Counted from the whole stretch's first letter, positions 40,588 through 49,533 are shown. The stretch is 62,961 nucleotides of DNA, filler included, from an uncultured bacterium (GCA_965372715.1; 7 parts of 7 records of this genome joined end to end with filler, not necessarily neighbours in it); one strand, 5' to 3'. Notes: generated by a model from the letters alone, not told the origin. Numbers and translations are program-made.

Positions 40588-42720
40588 TCACGAGGCTCCG
40601 GCGCCGCGGAAGAGGCCTGTTGCGTATTGGGAGTTGCTGCCGTTGAAGAGGCTCTCGTTGCGGTAGCGGTCGCGGAGTTCAGCCTTCTTGCCCAGGTTCC
40701 AGCTGGAGACCTTCGTAAAATAGCCCGTGATGCGCGTGATGCCATCGACGTTCTTGCTGTGGCAGTATGGGCACTCAGCGGCGAGGCCCCGCGAGGTCTT
40801 GTTGCAGTCGTTGCAAGTCGTGAACTCCGGCGAGAAAGCTATCTGGTCGTTGTCGGTGAACTTGAAGGCCTTGACGACGAAGTTCGCAAGCGACTCCGCG
40901 CTCGGTCGCTGCTCGCCGAGCCAAAGGTGCGAGATCGCGCCCGCCTCGATCAGCGGATGAAACATCCCCTCGAGGCGCACGCGCTCGATTGGGTTCGTAA
41001 CCGAGCCTACGTCGAATAGCGTGGAGTTTGAGTAATAGACGCCGCCGTTGTTCGGGTTGCCCTTGACGACTTTTGAGGCGATTGACGGGAAGTGCTTCAG
41101 GTCGAGCCTCGCAAACCTATAGGCGGTCGATTCGGCCGGCGTCTGCTCCAGAACGAACTTCATGTTGTGCTTCTTGCTGAGTCGGTCGGTCATAATCTTC
41201 ATGTGGGCAGTAACCTGAAGGCCGAACTTCAGCGCCCGCGTCGTCTCGTGCATGTGTTCGCCCGTGTGAGCAAAGACCATATCGTCAAGGCCGACCATGC
41301 CCATCAGATATGACGCCTTTTCAAGCCGCAGATAGCTCATCCCGTCCTTCTTCATCGTCAGAAGCGCCAGCGGGCCGGTCTCGCCGAGCGCAAGCAGCTT
41401 CTCGATGAATATGCGCTTCTGCATGTGCGCCTCGGCCGCGAGTTTCATGAGCTCGGTGAGCCTCTGGAACAGCACGGTGTCGTTGCCGCCCGCCTCGTAG
41501 GCGATTCTCGGCAGATTCGTCGTTACGTTCTGAAGCGCGGAGAAACGCATCCGCCAGGGCTGCTTAGCGTCCTCGATGTCCTCCGAGGTCAACTTGAACG
41601 ACAGCCGACAGCACTCGCTGATCTTCGCCGTCTCGCCGCGATCAAATACGAAATACGTGTTGCCCATCTTGCTCGCAACATCGCAGATGTGACGCAGGAA
41701 CTTCTCGTGGCCCTCGGTCTTGAAGAACTCGTCCGTTATATGCACAAGCGGCTTGGGGAAGAAAAACGGCCGACCAGACCCATCGCCCTCCATATAGATG
41801 TCGAAGAGCGCCCACACAAATCGCTGAGCATCCTTCTCGTATTCTTTATACTTCTTGCCGGTATATTCACCGCCGGGGCCAATCGCATCGACCTCGCGGA
41901 AGTGCTTCGGGACCTCCCAATAGAGATTCAGGTCGGAGAAAATCGCCTGGCCTCCCCTCGCAACTGCTTGCTGAGAGAACTCAAATATCAATATCTGCGC
42001 CAGCTGGCGAAGCTCGTTGTCCGGCATATCGACTATGTAAGGAGCGAAGAAAAGATTCACCGCGTCCCAGCCTATCGCCCCAGCAAAATGACCCTGAAGA
42101 GCGGCCGAGAACTTCAGCACGTGCGCGAGCAGAACCTCCGGATGCTTCGCCGGCTTGGCTATCGAGAGCGCGTTGGGCAGCGACAGGCCGAACTTCTTAA
42201 CGTATTCCAACGATTGCCCGGAGCAGTAAGGACGGTCAATGAATCCAAGGTCGTGAAGATGAATGTCGCCCGAAAGATGCGCATCGGCAACCGGCTGAGA
42301 GAAGACTGTCAGGAGCGCATATTCCTTCTTGATGCTCTCCGCAAGCGTAAGATTCGTCGCCTCCGGCCCATGCGGGACGTTAGCGTTCTCCTTGTTCGGG
42401 TGCAAAATCAGCTCGTTGACATCGTAGAGCGGGACGCCGAGCCGCGTATGATAGCGCCTCGCATCCTCAAGCCCGTGCTCTATCAACTTGGAGTTGACCA
42501 TCTCGCGCACAAGAGGCGCGGTAACGACCTTGATCGATGAACGCAGAAGCTGCTCCTCGACCTCGCGACCTATCTTCTCCGCCGTGTCCGCATCGATGTC
42601 CGTCTCCCTAATGAGAGCGTTGACGATGCGCTCGCGGCTCCATTTGACGACCTCCTCGCTCGATGTGCGAACGAACATCGCGATGTCCGTCGCCTCGCCA
42701 TTAAGCGCCGCGGGGCTCAT
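40588..42720 (-). CDS. nrdD: Anaerobic (class III) ribonucleoside-triphosphate reductase
   Basis: N-terminal ATP cone, KENAN, HLSGDIHLHDL, PYC, SECCRL, TPAES, Zn site CNDC/CPYC, glycyl-radical RITGY. Start placed at ATG 42720 (alternatives 42768 and 42798). Confidence 0.95.
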   Translation of the reverse strand: MSPAALNGEATDIAMFVRTSSEEVVKWSRERIVNALIRETDIDADTAEKIGREVEEQLLRSSIKVVTAPLVREMVNSKLIEHGLEDARRYHTRLGVPLYDVNELILHPNKENANVPHGPEATNLTLAESIKKEYALLTVFSQPVADAHLSGDIHLHDLGFIDRPYCSGQSLEYVKKFGLSLPNALSIAKPAKHPEVLLAHVLKFSAALQGHFAGAIGWDAVNLFFAPYIVDMPDNELRQLAQILIFEFSQQAVARGGQAIFSDLNLYWEVPKHFREVDAIGPGGEYTGKKYKEYEKDAQRFVWALFDIYMEGDGSGRPFFFPKPLVHITDEFFKTEGHEKFLRHICDVASKMGNTYFVFDRGETAKISECCRLSFKLTSEDIEDAKQPWRMRFSALQNVTTNLPRIAYEAGGNDTVLFQRLTELMKLAAEAHMQKRIFIEKLLALGETGPLALLTMKKDGMSYLRLEKASYLMGMVGLDDMVFAHTGEHMHETTRALKFGLQVTAHMKIMTDRLSKKHNMKFVLEQTPAESTAYRFARLDLKHFPSIASKVVKGNPNNGGVYYSNSTLFDVGSVTNPIERVRLEGMFHPLIEAGAISHLWLGEQRPSAESLANFVVKAFKFTDNDQIAFSPEFTTCNDCNKTSRGLAAECPYCHSKNVDGITRITGYFTKVSSWNLGKKAELRDRYRNESLFNGSNSQYATGLFRGAGAS

Positions 42721-42843
42721 TTGCAGGTTCTCACCCCCGTAATCACGTATAATTTCTGTTCTACTCATACCTTTTCCCACATATCCCTGTGCTTCCAAAA
42801 GCCACTTTCAAGCACTTCTGCCGCCCGAATTCAGCTCCTCCAT

Positions 42844-42890
42844 CAACATTATTTAGTATGTCAAGCGATACTACATACAAGATATGGGAT
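42844..42890. promoter_or_regulatory. Tandem NrdR boxes overlapping the nrdD promoter
   Basis: CAACATTATTTAGTAT (42844-42859) and ATACAAGATATGGGAT (42875-42890) fit acaCwAtATaTwGtg and start 31 nt apart. Minus-strand TTGACA at 42859-42864 and 42892-42897. Confidence 0.7.
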
Positions 42891-43074
42891 ATGTCAAGCC
42901 TCTTCGCCGCCCAAGAATGAAACGCACTCGGGTCACGCGAGCTCCAAATATGAACCCAAAATCAACAATATAAGCCTCTACACTAAGGGCAGTATCAATC
43001 ATATAGAGCAGTATAACACATTCGCCTCGCCCTGCTATCGGGTTCCGAAGCGTCGGATGTAAAGCCTTGGTCAG

Positions 43075-43347
43075 CAAATCCGAGAGCACGCTGGCGAGAT
43101 AAAGAGCCGGTTCAATGTGCATGAACTGGGGCTTTTCGGCTCCCATGCGCGGAGCAGGGCTGACGGACGGAGCGATATAGACATCCTCGTCGGATTGAGG
43201 CAACCTACATTCGATAGCTACGTGGACCTGAAGTTTTGCCTGGAGGGCCTGTGGCAAGAGGGTGTGGACCCGGTGATTGCAGATACTCTGAAGCAAAAGC
43301 TCAAACCGCAAATAACGCGTGAAGTGATTCATGGTAAGGGGTTATGA
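43075..43347 (+). pseudogene. MNT antitoxin paralogue, probably 5'-degraded
   Basis: QIREHAGEIKSRFNVHELGLFGSHAR..SDIDILV...TLKQKLKPQITREV, colinear with 43534-43845. No convincing start codon. Confidence 0.7.
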
Positions 43348-43417
43348 GGTCTATTTGGATGATATAGTCGGAGCGGCAGACAGGTTCAACCTCAAGAAGT
43401 GGGGCAATGGGAATTGA
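43331..43417 (+). pseudogene. HepT/DUF86 N-terminal fragment
   Basis: MVRGYEVYLDDIVGAADR resembles [18 protein letters not shown] of 43829, then breaks off. Confidence 0.55.
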
Positions 43418-43544
43418 CGAGATCTTGAAGGACAAGCGCGAGAAGATACTTCGCATCGCCGCCAAGCACGGTGCACGAAATGTGGGCGTATTCGGTCCTG
43501 TCGCTCTCGTCGAAGCGGACGAGGAAAGGAACGATGAAGAGTGA
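43407..43544 (+). pseudogene. MNT N-terminal fragment (different subfamily)
   Basis: MGIDEILKDKREKILRIAAKHGARNVGVFGPVA..EADE then stop. GS motif degenerate. Confidence 0.6.
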
Positions 43545-43845
43545 AGAACTGACTTCTGATGGGATTATGGAACTCCTGTGCAAACATGCCGGCGAGATGA
43601 AGAGCCGATTCAGCGTGCGAAGGATGGGCCTTTTTGGGTCCTACTCACGACGCAAGTCGCGAGTGAAGAGTGACATAGACATCCTGGTTGAGTTGAGCGA
43701 ATCCACTTTTGACAATTATATGGACCTCAAGTTCTTTCTAGAAGAACTACTCAACAGAGAAGTTGACCTGGTGATGGCCGAGACCCTAAAGCGACGGCTT
43801 AGGCCTCGAATACTACGCGAGGTGATGTATGCCGAGGGATCATAG
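43534..43845 (+). CDS. mntA: MntA-like nucleotidyltransferase antitoxin
   Basis: ATG 43534 behind [33 protein letters not shown] and VDLV motifs. Confidence 0.88.
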   Translation: MKSEELTSDGIMELLCKHAGEMKSRFSVRRMGLFGSYSRRKSRVKSDIDILVELSESTFDNYMDLKFFLEELLNREVDLVMAETLKRRLRPRILREVMYAEGS

Positions 43846-44170
43846 GCTCTATCTGGAGGATATCGTTGAGGCGGCCAACAGAATACTGCGCTACACTGTC
43901 GGGATGGGCTATGACTCCTTTGCCTCGGACGATAAGACACTAGACGCGGTGGTTCGCAACCTGGAGATCATTGGTGAAGCTGCAAAAAGACTGCCTCAGA
44001 GTGCGAAACAGAGGACGCCGGATATCGAATGGCGTAAGATCGCGGGACTCAGAAACATCCTTATTCATGAGTACTTTGGCATTAGCAAGGTGATTGTCTG
44101 GGACATAGTGCAGGGCAAGGTACCTTCGCTGAAGACGGCCTGTAAGAGCCTGCTGGCGGAGGGAGACTGA
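43829..44170 (+). CDS. hepT: HepT-like (DUF86) HEPN ribonuclease toxin
   Basis: [13 protein letters not shown] and [17 protein letters not shown] (RxxxxH). Overlaps mntA. Confidence 0.92.
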   Translation: MPRDHRLYLEDIVEAANRILRYTVGMGYDSFASDDKTLDAVVRNLEIIGEAAKRLPQSAKQRTPDIEWRKIAGLRNILIHEYFGISKVIVWDIVQGKVPSLKTACKSLLAEGD

Positions 44171-44176
44171 GGGCAA

Positions 44177-44785
44177 GTGTATCAACCTGAAGTGAAACTG
44201 CTCTTCGTCGAGCGGTACTGTAATCCGGAGAACGGTTGGCTTGTGTTCGTTGACATCGACCCGGCAGAGGTGGGCAACGCGGGGGGTTGGCCCAAGACCG
44301 AAAAAGCCTGGGTGCGCAAGAACCAAATGCAGGATAGGGGGAAGAGAGCAATCAAGGGATTGGAGAAGCTCGGGGCAAAGGTTGGCGGAAGCAGAGCCAA
44401 ATGGCTCTCAGCTCTCTCCCATCAATTGGGAGCTTGTGAGGCCCCGGCGATTCCTGGCGATCGCGACATTATTGCGATCAATCCCTCCCTCATGCGGCTT
44501 GTGGTCGCGGAAGTAGAAGGCGCATCAACCGGCCAACCCGAACAGAAGATATATAAAGCTATTGGGCAGATTGTAGTAGCAGTTGGAGCGGTCGATCCAA
44601 AAGCCTTTGACGCGAGCTTTGTCGTGGCCGTGCATGGTGAACGGATGAAAAACCACTTACAGAAGGCAACGGCTCTGGAGAAGATAGGTGTTTCCGCCGT
44701 GTGCATTGAAAAGGACCGAGCGCAGGACGTATGGCTCTTCGGCAGGCGATTAAACCAATGTTGCGACGGGGCACAGGGTTGGTAA
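44177..44785 (+). CDS. Hypothetical protein, possible PD-(D/E)XK-type nuclease
   Basis: 202 aa, GAGG RBS. GDRDIIAI...VVAEVEG...YKAIGQI spacing resembles a restriction-endonuclease-like core. Confidence 0.5.
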   Translation: MYQPEVKLLFVERYCNPENGWLVFVDIDPAEVGNAGGWPKTEKAWVRKNQMQDRGKRAIKGLEKLGAKVGGSRAKWLSALSHQLGACEAPAIPGDRDIIAINPSLMRLVVAEVEGASTGQPEQKIYKAIGQIVVAVGAVDPKAFDASFVVAVHGERMKNHLQKATALEKIGVSAVCIEKDRAQDVWLFGRRLNQCCDGAQGW

Positions 44786-44873
44786 GGGCCAATGGCAGGT
44801 TACATATATCCGGTGCAAGATGGAGCTTTCATAAGCGTGCGACGGCACTGACGGGCATTGCTCCGCGGCCTTA

Positions 44874-44958
44874 CAGCTCAATACTGCAAGAACAGCTGGC
44901 CCCACTTGGTCTTTAGGGCCTCTTTGACGCGCTTTCTGCCCTTCACGTTGTGCCAGTA
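44874..44958 (-). repeat. Diverged copy 1 of the DUF362 gene 3' end
   Basis: Encodes YWHNVKGRKRVKEALKTKWGQLFLQY*, versus YWYPFKGRKRVKEALKTKWGQLFLQY* in the gene. Confidence 0.9.
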
Positions 44959-45041
44959 GCGGCCAAGTCCAGCACCGTATGAATGAGGACGGAATTGATG
45001 TAATATGCTGGGCATGAGTCTGAGAGCGGAGGTCCAGTATG

Positions 45042-45137
45042 CCCAAAGTGGATTACGACATCCTGTGGGACACCATTGCCCATAACCTCCCGGACCTTAT
45101 CACTCTACTGGATGACATCTTAGGGGAAGAGGCATAG
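45042..45137 (+). pseudogene. HepT/DUF86 C-terminal fragment
   Basis: PKVDYDILWDTIAHNLPDLITLLDDILGEEA* matches the typical DUF86 C-terminus. Confidence 0.6.
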
Positions 45138-45194
45138 TCGAGGTGCGCTAAGACAAAACCAAATGCCCCAAAAACCACGATATGTCGGGCGCGA

Positions 45195-45292
45195 CAGCTC
45201 AATACTGCTGGAACAGCTGGCCCCACTTGGTTTTGAGGGCCTCTTGGACGGGCTTTCTGCCTTTGAAGGGATACCAGTCGTGGTAGATGATT
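45195..45292 (-). repeat. Diverged copy 2 of the DUF362 gene 3' end
   Basis: About 98 nt homologous to 46237-46340, with a few substitutions and a 6-nt deletion in TACCAGTACCAG. Confidence 0.9.
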
Positions 45293-45318
45293 TGGGCAAA
45301 CCAGATCGAAAGAGCCTA

Positions 45319-45496
45319 ACCCGCATTATTCATAAACTGCGGATGCGATGAGATGTGGGGCGGGCTTTCCAGCCTGCCTATTGCAGTGATTGCTGCATCC
45401 CTCGCATGGAACACTCTGTCGGGCGAGACCCTGTCTTTGGCAGGCTGGAAAGCCTGCCCTACACCGACGAGAGTCCCGACCTTGAATTATTCGGGC
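45319..45496 (+). mobile_element. 178-bp MITE (family C), copy 3
   Basis: ACCCGCATTATTCA...TGAATTATTCGGGC, TA on both flanks. Right end overlaps the abiEi stop codon. Confidence 0.82.
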
Positions 45497-46128
45497 TAAT
45501 ACAGGAACAGCGCCTCCAGATACGGCCGAATGACTTTGCTCACGCGGCAGATGCGGGCGAATTCCATGAGCTTGTCGATACTGAAATCTCTGCGCGTTCG
45601 ACACTCCTTCAGCGCCTCAATCGCGATATCCAGGCCGATCTTATTGCGGAACTTGAAGCAGTCAGCTACTGTTTTCTCCAGACAGTAGATGCGAATGGGA
45701 ACCCCATCTATTGTGTGGGGCTCAATTCCCTCTGAAAATGCTCTACCACGAAAACAGAACACGCGAACAGGAGGATAGTCGAAAGCGGGGGACCAGGAAT
45801 CTCGCCTTACCGCCAGCTGGACTTCGTGGGGAACCTGGGTCGTTACCTCGTGGAACGCTAGGGCTGAGATCAGGCATATGACAGCATCGTGTGCCTTCCG
45901 AGCCACGGCTACAAGGTCCGGATTCCCGAGTGGGCCGATGCTTACCAGGCGGTATAGCCCCCGTGACATCCGCTCAAGCAGCCCAGCGTCTCGCATAGCA
46001 TAAAGTGTTCTTGGGTGAATGCCGAGCTCGATAGCATCCCTGGTGCGCAGCAGGCCATCCCGTCGCCGGAAGACAACCTTCGCCCTTTCGGTCTGTTTAT
46101 CGCTGTGCTTCACTTGGCGCCTTTCCAT
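45496..46128 (-). CDS. abiEi: Type IV TA antitoxin AbiEi-family transcriptional regulator
   Basis: wHTH N-terminus (LLRTRDAIELGI..LERMSRGLY), ICLISALAFH, EKTVADCF and RPYLEAL. ATG at 46128. Confidence 0.85.
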   Translation of the reverse strand: MERRQVKHSDKQTERAKVVFRRRDGLLRTRDAIELGIHPRTLYAMRDAGLLERMSRGLYRLVSIGPLGNPDLVAVARKAHDAVICLISALAFHEVTTQVPHEVQLAVRRDSWSPAFDYPPVRVFCFRGRAFSEGIEPHTIDGVPIRIYCLEKTVADCFKFRNKIGLDIAIEALKECRTRRDFSIDKLMEFARICRVSKVIRPYLEALFLY

Positions 46129-46129
46129 T

Positions 46130-46177
46130 TGGATAAAATCCTCCACACTTATCAACAAGTGTGGAGGATTCTATCCA
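46130..46177. promoter_or_regulatory. 21-bp inverted repeat, probable AbiEi autoregulatory operator
   Basis: TGGATAAAATCCTCCACACTT-N6-AAGTGTGGAGGATTCTATCCA (20/21 complementary), directly upstream of the abiEi ATG. Confidence 0.7.
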
Positions 46178-46240
46178 GTTAACAGTGGTTGTCAACCAAA
46201 CTAAAGGCCCGGAAACGACCGCGGCATCAAGAGGGGCAGC

Positions 46241-47323
46241 TTAATACTGCAAGAACAGCTGGCCCCACTTGGTTTTGAGGGCTTCTTTGACGCGCTTTCT
46301 GCCCTTGAAGGGATACCAGTACCAGTCGTGGTAGATGATTGAGGCGAGGTATGACCAGGGGGCGAGGAAGGTGCGGAGGAGGAACTTCTCCGCGAAGTGC
46401 AGGGGGCCCCAGTAGATGGCCTTTTGGCCGCGGCTGGCGAGGGTGTTTACGTCTTTCTGGAAGTGCCAGTTGACCTCGGAGACGTCCTCCCCGACGATCT
46501 CTATCTCTTTGAAGTCGCCGCAGCCCAGGCCCTTCTCGTGGGCTATGCGGATGAACCTGAGCTCCAAGGGGTCGAGGCCCATCATGTGGGCGGAGACGGC
46601 GTCAATAGCGACGAGGTCTGCGCTCGCGAGAATGTAGTCCTTTACGTAAGGGATCATGCACCTGGGCCCCGGGCCGTCGCCGGCGAATGTACCGTCCATC
46701 ACTGCGAAGAGGCCGGGGTGTATCTCCTTTTGAATCGTCAGAAGGTCAACGAGCGTCTCGTGTATGACCGAATGCGTCCAGTGCCGCTTCTCGTGCAAAA
46801 GGCCGCCGAAGGCGTTCTTCATGGCTCCGGTCATTGTGGTGAAGATGTGCGTCTTGACCGTCGGGAGCTGGATGATATTGCTGCCGATGAGGCGCTTGGG
46901 TATCTGGATGCCGGTTCTGAAGATGTCGTGCAGCGCTAGCATCTCGCCTTTTGGGTGGTATGTTACCCAGTCCTCGTTTTCGTAGAGGTGGATGTTGCGG
47001 ATGCCATATTTCTCCAGAACGGGCTTGTGTTTGTTCGCGACCTCGCCCTTCTTGGCCGAGACCACGACCGTGCGGTTGTGGGCGCCCCAGAGCGATTCGG
47101 CGGGGTAGCCATCGTCCAGCATCGTCTTGATAACGCCCTCGAGCTGCCAGGGCGTCGTTGAACACGCAGGATAGAAGACGTGCCAGGAGATGTTTATCTT
47201 AAGGGCCGTTTCTTTGTCTTTGGGCAGATGACTCTGGTAGTTGGCCATCCGCATGAGCTTGCCGTAGTCATCGAGAACTGTCTCAGGTTCCGTCTTTAGA
47301 ACGGCCACTATTGATTTCGCCAT
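46241..47323 (-). CDS. DUF362 domain protein
   Basis: LKINISW, STTPWQLEG, LPTVKTH, TGAMKNAFG, DG..AGDGPGP and DLVAIDAV motifs. AAGGAGAGG RBS. Confidence 0.85.
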   Translation of the reverse strand: MAKSIVAVLKTEPETVLDDYGKLMRMANYQSHLPKDKETALKINISWHVFYPACSTTPWQLEGVIKTMLDDGYPAESLWGAHNRTVVVSAKKGEVANKHKPVLEKYGIRNIHLYENEDWVTYHPKGEMLALHDIFRTGIQIPKRLIGSNIIQLPTVKTHIFTTMTGAMKNAFGGLLHEKRHWTHSVIHETLVDLLTIQKEIHPGLFAVMDGTFAGDGPGPRCMIPYVKDYILASADLVAIDAVSAHMMGLDPLELRFIRIAHEKGLGCGDFKEIEIVGEDVSEVNWHFQKDVNTLASRGQKAIYWGPLHFAEKFLLRTFLAPWSYLASIIYHDWYWYPFKGRKRVKEALKTKWGQLFLQY

Positions 47324-47343
47324 GTTACCTCTCCTTTCGACGG

Positions 47344-47916
47344 CTACCAGTGTATCGTCTTTGCGAATTCGAACAGGCCGCCAGCCTCAATCATCGATAG
47401 CAATACGGGTGATATCGGCCCGCACTTGATGGTATTCTTGTCCTTCCCTAGCGCCACTTCTCCGCTCTTCAGGTCGATCGAGACCGGTGAGCCGTCCTGC
47501 AAGGCCTCAAGGAGAGCTCTTGCGGCCGGTTGAGCGTTCTCAAACGACTGCACTGCCATGCCAGAGTTGATCGCATTCCGGAAGTATATCGGCGCAAACG
47601 ACTGAGCCATAATCGCCTTTATACCAAGTGCGCCGAAGCAATCAACCGCCTGTTGACGCGACGAGCCGGCCCCGAAATTGGTCCCAACGACAAGCACCTG
47701 GTAATTCGACGCCACTTTCGGGAAATGCTCCCATCCGGGCAAGTTGCCGAATGCAAACTGGCCCATCTGCGAGACGTCCGTAACGTGAAGATGAGCGTTG
47801 TGAAATATCATGTCGGTGTCGATGTTATCAATCAAGGCGCCTTTTGGGTCCTTTATGAAACAGGCGCTGCCAGTTATTGCCTGAACGCCTGCCGGTTGGG
47901 AATCTGGTTTAGTCAT
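47344..47916 (-). CDS. leuD: 3-isopropylmalate dehydratase/homoaconitase-type small subunit
   Basis: DNIDTDMI, NFGAGSSRQQA and SFAPIYFRNAIN motifs. Substrate not established. Confidence 0.8.
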   Translation of the reverse strand: MTKPDSQPAGVQAITGSACFIKDPKGALIDNIDTDMIFHNAHLHVTDVSQMGQFAFGNLPGWEHFPKVASNYQVLVVGTNFGAGSSRQQAVDCFGALGIKAIMAQSFAPIYFRNAINSGMAVQSFENAQPAARALLEALQDGSPVSIDLKSGEVALGKDKNTIKCGPISPVLLSMIEAGGLFEFAKTIHW

Positions 47917-47970
47917 GCTGTCATCTCTATCTCTTTCAATCTAGGGCAGGCTGGAAAGCCCGCCCCACAC

Positions 47971-49215
47971 TCACTCTGGCACTCGAATCTCACCATAAAT
48001 GGCAGAATAGGCCGCGACGACGGGGCTTGCAAGGTAGGTCTCTCCTGCTCCCTGCTTGCCGGGGAAATTACGATTGCCGGTGCTTATCTGGACCTCGCCC
48101 TTGCCGGTCATGCCGACCTGTCCGGCCGCACAGCCTGCGCAGCCCTGGCTTAAGATTATCGCCCCGGCGTCGTATAGCTTCGCCAGTATCCCTTCCTTCA
48201 AGAGCCGTCCGTAGATTTCCTTTGTAGCGGGGGCAATCCTGAACATAACGCCGCTTTTCACCCGTCGGCCCTCAAGAATACTCGCCGCAACACTGATGTC
48301 CTCGAATCGCCCATTGGTGCAAGAACCGATCAGGATCGAATCTATTTGCGTTCCGGCCACCTCTGAAACGTTAACGACCGAACACGGATTCCCCGGCAGC
48401 GCTATCTTCGGCTGAAGACTCGACACGTCAATCTCCAACTTCTTGACGCAATTCGCGTCCGCGTCGGGCGAAGCGAGCACGTCCGGGCGATGACTGTCCA
48501 CAATCTTTAATTCGACCAGCACTTCATCATTAGGAGCAATCAGCCCCGCAACGCCCCCCGCCTCCGTCACCAGGCTTGAAAGCGTAATCCGGCCGGAGAG
48601 GTTGAGCGCATCTACTGTCTCGCCGCAGAAGTCCACAGCCATACCCAGGGCGCCAGCTGGCCCCAAGTCTCCCAGAAAGCGCAGCGCCACGTCCTTTGCT
48701 GTTACGGGATAATCAAAGGGGCCGGTTATCTTCACACGTATCGTCTCGGGGACCTTAAACCAGACCTTTCGAGTCTTGAAAGCAAACGCTACGTCTCGGT
48801 CGCCCATTCCGAGGCCCAGCGCGCCTATTGCCCCGACGAGGTTCAGATGGCTGTCGGTTCCGACGACCGTTGAGGCCGGAATACAGTGCCCCTCGTCAAC
48901 AATCACGTGCGAACCGATACCGCTATCAACGTCGTAAACCCGTATTCCGTGCCTCCTGGCGAACGTGCGGATTACGTGCTGATTGTTCGCGTAGCCGACC
49001 GTATTGGCGGGCGCCTGACAGTCGAACGTGAAAAGCGTGGCCGATGGATCACCGACCGGGCTCTCTGGATACTCGCGCTCCAGGTGACCTACGACGTTTG
49101 CGCCGCCGAAATCCCGCGCGCATGCGAGGTCTAGCGACAGCCAGACGACGTCGCCGGCCTTCGCGTCGCCCGACGTGTGCGCCGAGACTATCCTCTCAAC
49201 GAGTGTTTTCGCCAA
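47971..49215 (-). CDS. leuC: 3-isopropylmalate dehydratase/homoaconitase-type large subunit
   Basis: TTG start 49215 behind AGGAGG. GTDSH, IGSCTNGR, GCAGC, STGNRNF and YLASP motifs. Substrate not established. Confidence 0.82.
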   Translation of the reverse strand: MAKTLVERIVSAHTSGDAKAGDVVWLSLDLACARDFGGANVVGHLEREYPESPVGDPSATLFTFDCQAPANTVGYANNQHVIRTFARRHGIRVYDVDSGIGSHVIVDEGHCIPASTVVGTDSHLNLVGAIGALGLGMGDRDVAFAFKTRKVWFKVPETIRVKITGPFDYPVTAKDVALRFLGDLGPAGALGMAVDFCGETVDALNLSGRITLSSLVTEAGGVAGLIAPNDEVLVELKIVDSHRPDVLASPDADANCVKKLEIDVSSLQPKIALPGNPCSVVNVSEVAGTQIDSILIGSCTNGRFEDISVAASILEGRRVKSGVMFRIAPATKEIYGRLLKEGILAKLYDAGAIILSQGCAGCAAGQVGMTGKGEVQISTGNRNFPGKQGAGETYLASPVVAAYSAIYGEIRVPE

Positions 49216-49307
49216 AGATCCTGGTCTCCCTCCTATCGCTTGCCCCCCACCGATTGATGGTCGCATAAGATGCCTCGTATCCGCAGGGATTCATGTAGGC
49301 GGGCGGG

Positions 49308-49407
49308 NNNNNNNNNNNNNNNNNNNNNNNNNNNNNNNNNNNNNNNNNNNNTTAATTAATTAANNNNNNNNNNNNNNNNNNNNNNNNNNNNNNNNNNNNN
49401 NNNNNNN
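49308..49407. other. Artificial contig linker
   Basis: N44-TTAATTAATTAA-N44. Confidence 0.99.
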
Positions 49408-49533
49408 GGCCCCGCTCTACAACCTCGTATGTGAAAGGTAAATAAGATACACTACACTAGCCCCCGAATTCATTCGGGGGAATCGGGGGCGCCCGGCATC
49501 CTCCCTCATCTCCTCCTCGGATGGGCAAACTCC

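Noticed and set aside
44874-46340. DUF362 tail copies as DGR TR/VR or as a CRISPR array
   Set aside because: Mismatches are not adenine-specific, units are 85-100 nt with spacers of hundreds of nt, and no RT or cas genes are present.
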